A stretch of 64,000 bases of DNA. Origin: Octopus sinensis. Taxonomy: Eukaryota. Positions 38,200-52,592 of this stretch are shown here, piece after piece. The notes beneath the pieces are model-generated. The model had not been told where the DNA came from. It searched no databases and was given only the letters and a program-made list of their open reading frames with translations. Each line of letters opens with the position of its first letter. The first letter of the stretch is position 1. The stretch spans positions 47,430,001 to 47,494,000 of the forward strand of contig NC_043003.1 of assembly GCF_006345805.1 (NCBI RefSeq), written 5' to 3'. Both the position numbers and the translations under genes were made by a program.

Positions 38200-38761
38200 G
38201 TGTAATATTTAGTGAAACTGTGCTGCTTAAACCTTAATTTCTTACTTTTGCTCATTTTGGGACAATAAAATTCCTACACCAAAAAAAGGAATGTAATAAT
38301 TTTGAAAAATCATTATTAAATTGATTTAAAATCTTTTCAACCATACAAAGATACAGTGATGGCTGTGTGATTAAGAAACTATCTTTGCAACCACATGGTT
38401 TCAGGTTCAATCCCACACCTTGGGCAAGTGTCATTGGTTGATCAATGCCTTGTGAGTGAATTTGGTATACAGAAATTGTGTGGATGCCCATTGTGTGTGT
38501 GCATGCTCACACATGTGCATGTTTGTCCTCCACCATCACTTAGTGGTTGGTGTTGGTTTGTTTATATCCTTGTAACTTCATAAGTACCAGACTTAAAAAT
38601 AAGCACTGGGAGTTGATTTGTTTCACTGAACTCTTCAAGACAGTATCCCGCCATGGCTTCAGCCCAATGGATGAAACAGGTAATAACAGATAAAAGATCT
38701 TTTTGTTTATACTTTTCTCATTTTCATTGTTCTCCCCTTTTTTCATTTTAATTTTTAACAG

Positions 38762-38866
38762 AACCCCCTTGGGTCGTGCACGAGCATGGTTGAGGTTGGC
38801 TCTCATGCAGAAAACTTTGGCTGATTATTTTAAGTTAATCATAGAAAAGAAAGATGATGTATTAAG
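38762..38866 (+). CDS. RUFY2: RUFY exon C (105 nt, phase 2-2): [34 protein letters not shown]
   Basis: Acceptor tttttaacag|, donor gtaagt at 38867; hallmark RUN motif [11 protein letters not shown]. Confidence 0.97.
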
Positions 38867-40925
38867 GTAAGTGTTTCTGAAATTCTTTCTCCAGTTCTTC
38901 ATTTGTATAATTTTGACTTGTAACACCATTATTGTGAGTCACTTTTATGTCTTGAAATTTGGAGATTAAGATTCTATGGTCCCTGAATATTTTTCAAGAG
39001 GATCCATAAATAGTGCTAGTTGTAGCATAACCATAGTTAACACTGAATGAGCTGAGCAGGAGTACCATAGTAGCTGATCAAGCTGTTTAACTCCTTAGCA
39101 TTCAGATTACTCTGTGAAAATGTAACGCTTATTTATTCATTGTTTTGAATTATTCATGCATTATCTTGTAGCGTCATGATTTTGGGGATGTGAATGTTTA
39201 TTCTTAAAATGACAATGTAGGGTAGGTGAGAGGCTGTATCTGGCTGGTTTCAACATACAGGTAGAATATTTGGGCTGGATATGGCTGGTTTGAATGCTGA
39301 AAGGTTAAGGATGTCTGGCAAAATGCTTCACCATAGTCAGATAACGTAAATGTTTTTAATTCTGTACTTAAATGATTTTTTGGTTTCTTTTTTAGCTTTT
39401 AAATTCATTTTTCTTCATTTCCTTGTTTAGGTTAGTTCTGAAAATTAGCATATTTAGATATAAGCTCTTCGAGAACCAAATTATTAATTATTGGTTTCTA
39501 TCTTAATTGTGTATTTTTGGCTAAGATAGACTGTTAGATACACTTACTACCAAATCCACTCAGCTGCAAAATTGTACCACTTAAAGGCACAATTGCTTGT
39601 AAGTAGCAAGAGCATATAATAATTGACAAATTATTTAAGTAAGTTTGTTGTATTGAGCTTAAATTTTCACTCAGACAAACAACCTAGACCTCTTATAAGA
39701 TGACTAAGCTTATATATCAATCTATTACTTTTGTGCAAGAAAGAAGACTGAAATTATCATTTTAAGAAAAACAACAGTTTGAGACAGTATATAATTTGAA
39801 GGAATGAAATGATAGGTTCTCTGTTGCGTAGAAGGTAATTTGGTTGCCTGGTACTCAAAAGATATGTGGTTCAAGTCATGTCAATGGGCTTGTTTCTTCT
39901 TTCTGTCTCAAATTGTTGGTTATAATGTCTCCTATCATTAGAATAAAAAATTTAAACAGCTAATTCACAACATATATAGTTTCCTTTGTCTTTTGCTTCA
40001 GATATTTTAAAACTGAAATTTTAGCAATAGATCCTTTATCTTATAAAAAGTGTTTCCCCTTCTCCAATGTCAAAGTATCAATAATCTTCTGTAAAGAGTT
40101 ATCCTAACTATAGGTAGTGAGATCACAGAAGTATTTTTGGAGTTCCACTTATCATTGCTCTTACTTCTAGTACACTTTTGTGACATATACCATCATGCAA
40201 GTGGTGTTTTTGTTTCCAATATTTTAAGAAAATATGTCTGGTTATGGGGAAATGTTACTTTACATGGAAACAGCTGTGGATTGGAGACTGGAAAAGTTTC
40301 TGGCCATATAATATCCACCTCAATAAGTTTCATCTAACTCATGCGAGCATGGAAAAGTGGACGTTAAAACAACGATGATAATGATGTTGATGTTGACAAC
40401 GATGACAATATATATATATATTTGTATAGGCACAGATTTGGTTGTGTAGTCGAACCATTTGATCATGGTATCAGTCCTCCTACATGGCATTTTAGGCAAG
40501 TGTCTTCTACTATAGCCCTAGCTTGACAAAATGTCTTATGAGTGGATTTGGAAATGGAAGTTGAAAGAAGCCATCAAACGTGTGTGTGTGTGTACTCTTC
40601 GCTTGACATCACATGGTTGTAAATAAGCATTATGATCATACTGGTAATGTTGTTTGTTTCCAGCCTTGCATGAAAAACATGTCTGGTCATGGGAAATAAT
40701 ATCTTGCATGAAAACAAGTGTTGCTGACAGGAAGGGCCTCAGCAAATACTGTTTGATCCATGCAAGCATAGAAAAGTGGACAATAAAAGGTGATAATGGA
40801 GATCACACATGCACGCATAAAGTGCATTGCCATATCCAACTGTTGTTAGTCCCGTAAACAGACTCCAACAATGATTATATGGAAACAGATCATTTCATGC
40901 AACTTTGTTTTTTTTTCTGTTTCAG

Positions 40926-41049
40926 TGAGTTTTATGAACGTGGTGCCATAATGGTGGAAGACGAAGGTATTGTGATAACTGGATTGCTTGTTGGTCTTAA
41001 TGTCATTGACTGCAACTTGTGCATCAAGGAAGAAGACCTGGATCAGCCT
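40926..41049 (+). CDS. RUFY2: RUFY exon D (124 nt, phase 2-0): [41 protein letters not shown]
   Basis: Acceptor tctgtttcag|, donor gtgagt at 41050; end of RUN domain. Confidence 0.97.
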
Positions 41050-41184
41050 GTGAGTGCAGCTGTTGAATCTACTTTTATTCATTTTATTTTTCTGTTCCTT
41101 CTTTCTTTGTTTTTGGCTTTAACAGCTTTTGAATGATGTAGTGTACAAGATATATTATGTAAAACAATTAAGAATTATTAATGA

Positions 41185-41435
41185 CTTGTAGGGACACTGT
41201 ATTCGGTTACCCCAAATCTCCAGCCTAGAAAAGAAGCAAAGTTACAGAAGTATCAAGGGTAACTTAAAACCAGCAAGACCTGGGAGAAGTACCTTTCTTC
41301 GGGGAAACATATCAGGTGTGATATTGAGGTAGAGCTGAAAAAACAGGGACCCAACTGGAAAATGCAAGCCCAAGTCAAGAACAATGATTAAAAGTCATTG
41401 ATAACTTATGCTCCATAGGAGTGAAGGGCTTAAGT
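41185..41435 (+). mobile_element. RTE-type LINE 3' end fragment
   Basis: GHCIR.., DIEVELKKQGPNW.., terminal ttatgctccataggagtgaagggcttaagt. Confidence 0.5.
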
Positions 41436-42117
41436 GATAATACAAGAGTCATGACCAGGGACATTGATTTAATTGTTGACCCTGTTAGCTTTTCATAATC
41501 TCTGTGGCACGATACAAATAAGTATGAGTGGTAGGATGATGTGGTCTTAATGCTGGGTCTGTATTGGACAGGCAAGATTTAATGATCTCTGAAGACTTCA
41601 GAATCATCCTGGAGCTTTATGTGCCTTCTTGTAGGTGTAGGTAGAATTAAAAGCAGTGTTGGAATCTCGTGTCAGTTTTACAATGTTAGTACTACTTACA
41701 GCTACTACTTGTAGCTTGACAGAATGGTGTTGTTCTTGAACCCAGACATATTGCAACTCTGGTAATAGTATATGAAATACTAACCTATCAACTAGTCTTC
41801 TGATGTCCTAAAAATTCAGACATCTGAACTTCTTTCATTAGCAAAAAAAAAAAAAATCCTCAGATTTTACAGAGAAGAGAAATGAAGAAAACTATGATGT
41901 TCATGCCCAAGAGTATTGGGCCTGAAAAATGTAGTGATAAACATGGAATCAAATACCGAGTTGCTTATATTTGGTCTGTCAAGTATTAAAAGCACTACAT
42001 ACCTCAAGGAAAATATTACTCACTCTGTTTTTTTCTGTTATGACACTGGATACTATTCCACTTTGTAACAATACAATGTTTAATGAGCATACACTGGTTT
42101 TCCTCTATTTTCCCCTC

Positions 42118-42158
42118 TATTAAAATATGCACTACCCTGTGTAGTGCATATTTTAATA
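42118..42158. other. Perfect 18-bp inverted repeat with 5-nt loop
   Basis: tattaaaatatgcactac-cctgt-gtagtgcatattttaata. Confidence 0.95.
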
Positions 42159-42354
42159 ATGGTGGAGATTACTTTCTAATCTGCACCATTAAAACATTCA
42201 CTTTCTCATTTCTAACCTAGCATTAAACCACACACACTCTCCTATTTCTAACCTACAGTATGCAAATGTCATTCAAGTTAACCAGTGTTTAAAACACTTT
42301 TTTAAAGAAAAACCTCTTACAAAACCTCATTCATTGTGCTTCCTCTATTTTCAG

Positions 42355-42425
42355 ATGGGTGTTATAGATTTCAGCCTTTATTTGAGAGACAACAAAGTCC
42401 CAATGGATACTCCTGACTCTGATAG
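42355..42425 (+). CDS. RUFY2: RUFY exon E (71 nt, phase 0-2): MGVIDFSLYLRDNKVPMDTPDSD
   Basis: Acceptor ctattttcag|, donor gtaact at 42426; conserved GVIDFSxYL motif. Confidence 0.93.
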
Positions 42426-43706
42426 GTAACTACTTTCTTTTGTTAGTATTAGAAAGAAAATGCAAAATCTTCATGCATATTTTTTAAGGGTATATATTTT
42501 GTTTATTGTGATGCGCAAATGACACTAATGAGACTCAATACTTTTGGTTGTTGTTGTTGTTGTGGTTGTTGTTATTGTTTGTCCCCTGATCCATCCTGGT
42601 TGGACAAACCTATAATCATCTTGACTGTGAATATCAATTTATTTTTTAAATTATACATTTATTTATTTTTACATCAAGTACTTCATTTGCTAATGGCTCC
42701 TTTTTTAAAGACAATAGTGCGTGACCTAAGAGGAGATTGGCTGTCAGTTCTAATACTTAGAGTAACTACATGCAACATTTTATTAGACTATATTAGAATG
42801 GTCACAGTGGGTGTGTTTTTGATCATAGACCTGCTTGATTTGGGCTGGCCTGCATTTACAACAACATTACAGCCCACCTTTGGTAATAGGGAACAATATA
42901 CTGGCCCCTCTTTCTAACCATCCAATGCCTTATTTATTCTCCATATCAATAATATTAGCTGTTGGTTGTGGTGGAAAGTGATGTCTCCTTGTTTGACACT
43001 CTTGCAGCTTTTCTGGGTGGTTAAAGCAGAGTTATATCATATTTGCCTCCCTGTAAAGTTTGATGTATTGTGCTTCAGTTCTTTTTATCCCCAGAGACTT
43101 TAGTACTGCATTCACCTCAATATTAATCCACTAATCCAATTAAAATCATATCCAACTTGTTCAGAAGGTCAAGGCCATTATTACTGAGGGGTGTAGATAA
43201 TGAGATTAACCCACAAAATCAAAGCACTCAGTTTGAATTATTGCAATTGTTTGGTAAAAAGGGTAAGTTATTTTGTAAACATGATGTTACCTGTTTTAGT
43301 AATTCTCTGGAGATTCATAAAATATCCTCACCTATTATGGCATTCCTTAGTAACTACTGGACATTTGTCACATGACAAACATACTTGAATTGTTGTGGGT
43401 CTTTTTCTTTCTTCCTCACTTTCTTTCTTCCTCACTTTCTTTCTGTACTCGCATTGATGTAATTCTATTGGGTTTTGTGTATGTATCTTAGAACTTTAGT
43501 ATGTGTGTTGAGTTCACAAAATCCAGCTGATGTGAATAACCCTTCTGTGAGTCTGACTGTACCAAATGTTGCAAATCCTATATGATCTTCAATTTGACCA
43601 TTTTCCATACTAACCGAAATTCTATGCACCCAATAACCTTTTAGGGTTGTGAGTCTCTTGTACATTTTATTAATTATATTAAATGTTGTCTGTTTCTGTT
43701 TTCCAG

Positions 43707-43781
43707 TGCTGAAGGAAAATCAAAGATGGCTACCATTCTTGACCAGAAGAACTATCTGGAGGAGCTGAATCGACATTTGAA
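43707..43781 (+). CDS. RUFY2: RUFY exon F (75 nt, phase 2-2): AEGKSKMATILDQKNYLEELNRHL
   Basis: Acceptor ctgttttccag|, weak donor gtaaaa at 43782; conserved ILDQKNYxEELNR. Confidence 0.93.
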
Positions 43782-44726
43782 GTAAAAAAAAAACCTTGAA
43801 TGCTTTCGTTTCCTTTTTATCTGCACTAGTCTTTATACATTAGTAACTTGTAAATCAATACATTGGTTCAAGATTACATTAGCAATTGATTTATTGGTCA
43901 TGATGCTATATTAATGGCTTGGTATATTGGCACTTTAATAGCAAATTCAATGTTGGTACATTGATACAGTTGTTGATTTGTTGCTGGTACCTTATTGGTA
44001 CATTGGTAGCTGGTTCTAATGTTGATGTACCAGAGTGATATTTAAAAATGTTTGAGAAGCTCTGCTGTAATGATTCAACCTCTCTCTCCTGTTGCCTTCT
44101 CCAGGTTCAGAATAAAAGACAAATATGGTGGTACAAAACTATCTGTAAATAGTCATTATAAAGGACTTTTTTGGCTGCTCTCTTACTGTTTGCTTTACTT
44201 CTTTCTGTTTTTGCTCCATTCTGTACTCAGTTCCTGGCATCAATTTTTAATCCTCTCCATAATCCACCCCATATTTCACTTTTTACTACAATGCAAACAC
44301 TCCTCTCTCTCTTTCTCTCTCTCTCTCTCCTTCCTTTTTTCTTTTTGTTTTTCCTCTTCTTTCTTTAAAAGTTTTTTTAATCCTCTTAATCTTTTTACCT
44401 CCCTTCCATGATAATACTAATAATAGTGTGTCTGCTTATCAAAAATTTCTTGATGATTACACAAAAGGAAGGTTTATTTTCCTTGATACACTGTTATAGA
44501 TATCAAGAAGGGCCTCTTTCCTGCTGCTAACAACTGAACTGTAAAATTATATGGGCATTTAAAAAAAAAATTTGTCAGCAAGGCAATCTTGGGCAAGCAG
44601 AGTGATGTGCCTTGGCCTTACTTAGCTTGTATCACATGGAATCTGCAATATGTTATGGCTAGAATATTGAACATTGAAACCATTTTTTGTTATACATTAC
44701 TTTACTATGTTCTATTTTCTTTTCAG

Positions 44727-44898
44727 CGCCACAGTAACCAATCTACAGCAGAAACTGGAGAGTGTGCAGACCACAAATGCTCTTATGAAGGAAGATTTAG
44801 CAATAACCAAAAACACCATATTAACTCTACAAGAAGAAAATAGTACAATTAAAAAAGAAAAGGAAATTCTTTTAAATGATCACAAACGAAAACTTGAG
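44727..44898 (+). CDS. RUFY2: RUFY exon G (172 nt, phase 2-0), coiled coil: ATVTNLQQKLESVQ...NDHKRKLE
   Basis: Acceptor ttcttttcag|, donor gtaagt at 44899; within ORF 44674..44907. Confidence 0.93.
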
Positions 44899-45499
44899 GT
44901 AAGTTAACTCCTCTTTTTCTGTTTTTAGGAGTTGGTTTGCCAATGTCTGTGTGTCTTTCTGACTGTTGTCTCTTATAATTGTTGTGCTCTTGCTCTCTCT
45001 CTCTCTCTCATTCTTTCTCCATCTCTGTCACTCTCCTTTTTTTATTTCTCTCTGTTGTCACCTTGTTGTCAAGTCACTGTTGTAACAAAGTATTGTAAGC
45101 TTTGAAGCTAGAGCACACACCAGTCCATAGTCTGGTGTGTTTATACAGCTGAGTGGTGAAGTTCACTTTGCAATTGCAAGGACCCAGGTTTGAGCCCACA
45201 GTATGGCATTTGGGCAAGTGTCTTCTATCATAACCTCAGGTTGACCCAAGTCTTCTGAGTAAAAAATTGGGTTCACAAAAAATGTGATATTTCCACGTTC
45301 TTGGAACAAATTTTTTTCATGCACTCTAAACTTACAGTCCTTGCAAACCTGTACGAAACCACAACAGTATGGAAAACTAATTATGTTAATGATATGTTAG
45401 GTTTTGTATTTACATTGAAACTATTAAGGTTTAAAAATAAAAATGAAAAGTTGTCATTTTTATGTTACTCTTATTCATAATAACTTCAAAAATAGGGAT

Positions 45500-47130
45500 A
45501 GATACATTAATGGACATAGACAGAGAATACAACAGGATAATTGAACTTAGACTAATGATAGGGGACATGACAGCAGTGGTAGTTTTTCCCTATGTTCTAT
45601 TGTCAGGATTGACAGAGAAACAAAAGAACTTTTTATAAGTCCCTCTGACAGGCCACTTTGCAAACAGACAAAAATGACTTCAGCATTATGATTGGTGACT
45701 TTAATTGGCATGCTGGAACAACAGGATGGATACTCTGATATGGCCACAGTACAATATATGAAGAAAGATCAAGATGCAGGTCATCTAATCATTTGTAACA
45801 TAAACAGAAAGTTGGTGAGCCATCCAATCACCAAATACTTTGACAAATATGCTCACCAGATAGACGTAGTCATCAGGAAATGGCATAGGCAACTGATTGT
45901 GAATGCTGAGTCTTTCTCCTGTGCAAAATGTACTACTCAACATAGATTAGTAATTAGTGAATTTTGGATAAGAGCTTGAAGGTCTCAAGTAGAAGACAAA
46001 CTAGAGAAGGAAGGTATGTCAGCTGAAACATCCTACTGTCATCCATAACTCCCAAAATGTATTTTACAGTGTCTGCAATTAGAGGAAGAGGAGATAGCAG
46101 AGGAGATAGAGGACAATTGGGCCTTGCTGTGAAATTCAGATCAGGTTTGTGATTGGAACAAGATCCCATTCCTAGGAAAACAGAGGGTGACATGACTGTG
46201 GAATCATACAGGAGCTAGAACTATAAAAGTTGTGTGCCTTGAAAGAGTGGAGGAAGGAACACTACTGAGAAGTTAGAAGAGAAACTAGACATCTATATAG
46301 ATAGTTAGCAAAAGAGGAAACAAATAGTAAGAGGTTTGCTAATGCTCTATATTGTGCAGATCAAACACTTCAGTTTCAGATTGTGAGGTAGTGTCAGGAT
46401 AAATAAATTAGGTTATTGTTGGTGAAAAACACATACAGAATTATAGTGGTGTATACACACCCTTATGGACACTGAAAAGAAAAAGGCATGAAAATAATCC
46501 TTTGAGGATGTGTGAAGTAAAGAAAAAGACAAGTTGACTCAACAAAGGGATTCATTATTGAGTTTGACTGTTATATAGTAAAAAGGGTTATTAATAATTT
46601 GAAAGTACATAAAACAACAAGCTATTCATGGTTAGTTTCCAAGGTGACATAGTATGTGTATTGGTTATTCACATAGTCAAGCAGTCCAAGGAGGTAGTAT
46701 CCATAATGATGAGAACATCACCATGAACTGCTACGAGAGTTAAGGAGATGCTGTAGAAAGACAAAGTAACTAAGAAGTTAATTTGTCGTGAAAGTGGCAG
46801 AGAGAGTTACAAAGAGAGTTATAAAGTTTAATCATGAAAATTATCAAATTGTAATGAAGGAAGCTTAACAAAATTGTGTATACAGTAAGGTGTTAGGTAA
46901 GGATGGTAGAAGAAAGAAAGAGAGAGAGGAGGGAGAATTGTGTGGTAATAGAGAAAAAAATGGAGAAATGATGGCAGGTATATTAATAGCAAAACAGATA
47001 GATTGGTCAAGACTGGTGAAAACAACATGATTAATTCAAATGTTGAAAAATTGGTTGGAGTGAAATGATTCAAAAAGTATGTTACCTGGTAAAGAGGGTA
47101 GAATTGGGTCAGTAAAGTTGAAAAGTATGT
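45500..47130 (+). mobile_element. Highly decayed RTE-clade LINE (APE endonuclease to RT start)
   Basis: IGDFN (45691-705), HLIICN, QIDVV..CTTQHRLVISEF; later TMNCY..GDA resembling VNCYKGKGDAL. Confidence 0.75.
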
Positions 47131-49896
47131 TTAAAAAGTAAACAGGAAGAAATATATGGAAAACACATATTTTGTTGGTGTCATATTATTTTTTTGGAGA
47201 AAATTTAAACATTAACATATCTATTCATTCTCAATATGTTCTGGTAAATTTGAACATGAATACATGATCACTGTCATTTTTCATCATCAGAGAACATCTC
47301 TCTTTAGATGACATGTATTCATAACCCATATGATTCACTGGCAGAAGGGGTTCTTTGAGATACTGTTTGTGTTTCAACCTTATGTGTCTCTTCAGTGAGA
47401 GCTACCACCACCAGACCAATGAATTTAACAAGAGTACAGGCTCTTGTTTATAGAAATCAACCAATAAATAATTTGATGATGTTTGCTGATGTTTCTCAAA
47501 ACATAATTCATGAACTACATGCAGAATAGCAAGAATCTAAACACATTTGAGTCTACCAAAATATATTGAGAATGGATGAATGTATTGTTTGGACTCTCAC
47601 TGTTCTGCATGCACCTCATGAATTATCAAAAATTATAAAGGAGCTAAATAAAAGAGTATATAAGGGGAAGTTACTCCCAGTAACTAAATTCAGCATTTAT
47701 AATAGTAGAAAGGTTTTAAAATACTTGAGCAACTTTGACCGTTTATATAAGCTACAAGCTCTAAATTACAATGCTGTAGGGATTCTTGGGGGAATAATAT
47801 TTCCAGTGTTTCAGAATGCAAAGTTGGCATAGTTTATTAGAATCAGAATAGTCATAGCAAAGAATTATTTTTATTGGATTTCAAGAATCCATATGTATTT
47901 GGACAAAGTAGTATCAGATTGTCTGATTTGATGTCAAATGTATTTTGAAAGAATTTAATGTTAATTTAATACATGATTTAGAAACTGTGTTAGTTTTTAC
48001 AGGTGTACAATATAAAACAACACGAGAAAGTGGGTCAACCACAAGTTTGAACTTAGATGATTCATCAAGTGAATAACCTACACTAAAAAATTTAATGTTA
48101 TTAACAAATGCTCTGCTTTCACTATTCTCACTGGCAACAATGATTAATTTATGTGATCAGTTTTATTGCTCACAGCAGTGTTTGGTAATCTTTCCCTTAT
48201 ATAGTCTTTAATCAATTTTGATGTTTCCATGCAAATAAAATTGTGGATATATACTAATCATGCTGTTTCATATAATAATGAGACACAAGTTTACTACCAC
48301 ATTGACAATGCTCAAAAATTTCATTTTTTTTTCTTTTTTTGAACAGTATATCTCAAAGCAAATAAGGCTATAAATATATAGTGTGTAAATATATAAGATG
48401 GGTTAAAAAGCCTTTTGCATAGGAAAAGTCAAAGGCTGCTTGTGGGACTTGAACCTACATCTCTTGTTAACATGACAGGTGTTGTACCATGGGACAAAAG
48501 CAATCCTTTGGAGTCCTTTATCCATTTTAGAAACTTTATTCTTACCAGTGAGAATTGTATGTTGTTGAGGTCATAAGAATTTATAAACTTTGAGGGAAAT
48601 AATTCTCTTTTGGAATGGTGTATCTCGGAGAAGATAAAGCTATAAAGAATAGTGGGTAAATAGTTGGTAAAGCAACCCTTTGGATAAAAGAGTCAAAGGC
48701 TATGCATGGGATACAAATCCACATGTAAACATGAGAAGTATTCTAATTTTCTTGTGGCTTGGCATCAAATATTATCCAACATCAAATAGTCTGACAAAAT
48801 GTTAGACAAAGTGAGATATAAACATACAAAAATAGCCAAATATTTGAAATATTGAAATGCTGTATAGGTAGTTATGGGAAGATTTGTTTCCTTTTTAAAA
48901 TGAAAACATCAACACTATAAACTGTAAAATGATTTTAAAGTTAAAATAAGTCTAAAACAGAGTTCATGGTTTGTAATTACTGGCTTCATGAGGAATCTTC
49001 TGTTAGATAAAAAAACTGAGTCATGTTCTCATTTAAGTGAACACACATCGTGCAATAATTTTACTGGGTACAAAGAGTGAAGTTGGATTCAGATAAAAAT
49101 AGTCAATCAAGACATCTTAGAGCATTTGTACAGGACAGAATGCTTGTAATCATTTGGCAGATGGATAGATATGATATTTATCCGCTTGTTTTCTGTGGAG
49201 ATATTAATGAGTTAGTTGCTTTTGGAATTCTTTAACCTTTAATTTGGACCCAATTCTTCCCAATCATCTGGTAACCCTACTTTTTGATAACTCCACCTCA
49301 AAAATATTCCATCATTAATTCATGACATTTTTTCATTGAAAATGCATCACGTATTCATATTATTTTTGTTGATGATGATGATATATTTATATAAATAAAT
49401 GTATTTGGCCAACCCATGCATGAATGGGTTGACCAAGTATGCTATTGAGGTATTGTTTTACAGCTAGCTGCACTTTCTGTCCCTAACTTTTGTCTGTTTT
49501 TCAAGTATGGGATCTCTTACCCCTCACAACTTCAAAGGAGGTGAAGGAAGCAGATGAGTTGTCGAAAGGAGACTTGCCAGTAACAAAACCACTCATATAT
49601 CACAGCTTCCATAGCCACAGGTGTAAAAACGCACTCCCCCCTCTCTCTCTCTCATGCGCATGCGTGTGCACAACAATTTTCTTTCAGTGTCTGAATTCAC
49701 TCACAAGGTTTTGATTGGCCTGGAGCTATTGCATAAGGCACTTGCCCAAGGTGCTGCCCCATGGGACAGAACCTGAAGCCATATGGTTGAGAAGTGAAGT
49801 TCTTAACCTCACAGCCCTGCCTATACTTATACTTCCCATCTATCCAATCTAGTCACATAGCTTTGGTTGGACTAAGGCTATAGTAAAAGACACTTG

Positions 49897-49927
<31 letters not shown>

Positions 49928-50684
49928 TGTATATAATACACACACACACACACATTGACTAATAACTTTGATGACAAGTTTCACTTTTTGTATGCATTTT
50001 GTTTTCAACTTTCATAAATTGTAGTTACATATCTAGCAAATAAAACTACAGTGAAAATATCTATTCCAAATTCAGTTTTAATCTGTTCTCTCTTGGTATT
50101 TACATTAAAAATATGCATTATGAGTGCACTTACATCAGTTTACAAGCAAAATAGATGTAAAAGCTCCCTGCCATATTTTCCCTTCAACGATAGAATGCAA
50201 AACTAAATGAAGTTAACTCTATATTCCAAGGAAATTGGGAAGATGGTTTTAAGTATATTTATAATGAATTTTTAAATTAAATCTTTTGTGAGTACTGCTT
50301 AATGTTGGTTTCAGAGTATATCTTAATTGCTCAGAGGGCTCATTAATGATAGTCAATAGCATCTGTCACTTCAGTGACTTAATAAGCAGTAGGTGAGATA
50401 TTGCAAAAAATCACAGTAGCCAGATTAAGGATGCAGTGGAAAAAGTTTGGGGTTTTTCAAAAGTTTTTTTTTTTTACAGATGATAGGCAAATTGTGTGAT
50501 ACTTCGTACAACATACAGTGTTGTGTAATAGCTAGACATGGGTGCTAATTGTGGTGGATATGCAAAGGCTGAAATGAAGTGAGTATGCTCCACTGAATGT
50601 GTACTGTTTGTGTGCATGAACAGTGAAATACAATTGACCTGAGAGAAATTATATATAAGTGGAAACAACTGTGCTACTTAGGAC

Positions 50685-50925
50685 AGAAGTTTGTGCTGGC
50701 ATGGATATGGAAGATGACAGTTGAATAAAGAAGTGCTAAGCGATCTTGCAAAAGACGAAAACTAAAGAAGACATAAATAGAAGTGGCCAGGGATGATCAT
50801 AGGATGCTGAACTTTACAAAGGAGATGATGAAGGACTACATCAAATGGAGAGATTCTCTGTCAAAACTGACCTGTCTAACCTATGCCATCATGAAAATCA
50901 GATGGGAAAACGATGATGAGGATAT
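50685..50925 (+). mobile_element. RTE LINE 3' end with (GAT)n tail
   Basis: MEDDS*IKKC.., VARDDHRMLNFTKEMMKD..WR, then ctaacctatgccatcatgaaaa..gatgatgag. Confidence 0.6.
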
Positions 50926-52592
50926 GTATTTTTGAACAAATTGGTCAAACCATTTGAGCATCATAACTCTGTGATAACCAACTATTTTTTGACAATTATG
51001 CTACAGTACCTTCTAATCATTGAAAATAAATCATTTTCCAGTTTTATGAAATACAGCCGTTGTGTTGATCTACATGGTTTTCTGTGAGACGACTTTACAT
51101 CATTCTACTGGTATTTCATTTTATAGATCTTGATCAGAACCGACTTTGGGCCACACAACTACAGGTGTTGTAGCTGTGTAGTTTGCTATGATGTACACTG
51201 CATACCAGCCATGCTGAAATACAAAATATTAAAGCTGAAAGAAAACTTAAGGATTTTAAGAATATAGTTTTTATCAAAGTCTTTACTACAGTCTTTACCA
51301 AACCATAAAAGCCTAACAACTAGAAACAGAAACCTCACTTGGCTCAAATTATGTGTTGTTCCCTAGCTTGGCCAAAATTCACTGCTGGGTTACTCGTTCC
51401 TTTTAGTAAGTTATTAGAAATTGTGATAGCTACAAACACTGAGTTCAACATATTTGTTTCTGTTAGAGCTGAAACATGCCTTGAAACCTTCCAACACGAA
51501 TGCGTATATGGAACATTAAAACAGCTGAAACATATCTCAACTGACACACTTCATTTCATACAGCCAGCCACTGCATTGTAGAAAAAAAAAACAGTCATAG
51601 ATGAAATTGAAGCTGGACATGAGAGTTATTTCTAAAGATATTGGTTGTCTACCTAGATGCCTTTATGTCTATTCTGTCAGAACAAGCCTGTGCTTGTGGG
51701 TTTTTATTTATTTATTTATACAACGGATATTCTTGGGGAGGAAGGACTAAGCATAGCAGTGAATACAGCAATGGTGGTGAAAACATGGAGAGATGAGATA
51801 GTATGAGATCAGCCAACTCTGAAGAATAGAAACCATTATAGTAACAGTTGGACAGTTAGAGAGAGAGAAGACAACACATCTGTGGGCCAAAGGCTGGAAT
51901 GTCTGTTTGTGATTTAATGCAAATCAGTTGAGTGGCCTTTCTGTGGATGTAGTCCAGGATGTCTGTGTGCATAGCAGCAGTACTGTTCAAGATGTGGAAG
52001 CAGTGCTTCATTATGGGTCTCACTAATCATCATTGTTTTCACCATTATTATCATCGTCTTTTTTTTATCACCACCATTTTCATAGTCATTGTTGTCATCA
52101 TCATCATAGCCACTATCAACATTGATGACACCACTATTGTTATCCTATCAACATCATCAACACCATCATCATTCTCATCATCATCAACATCAAGTGCAAC
52201 AACAAATCTGATTAACTGCAACAAAGATCAATGTTCTGAGTTGTTGAAATATCAAGATGTCTGTGATAGTGACAGAAAGAGTGAGATTTATAAGGTATCT
52301 GAGGAACATGGATTGTGTTGCAATATATTGCCTTATACTGCTTATTTAATTAATACTCATATAGTTACACTAACTTCATCAGGAGTATGCAATCTATTAA
52401 TCAAGAAACCAATCCAAGATTTGGTGATGAGTGGTGGATAGAAGAGCCTTTTGTCAATGGGAATTAGTGCTCCACCATCACTACAGGAATTTCATTTTTT
52501 TTTTGTTATCTTCTTCCTCTAAGTAATCTGGCACCACCCAGATGTGGATTTGTGATGTTCACTTTTGGATTGTTGCCCATTATCGTTTGCAG

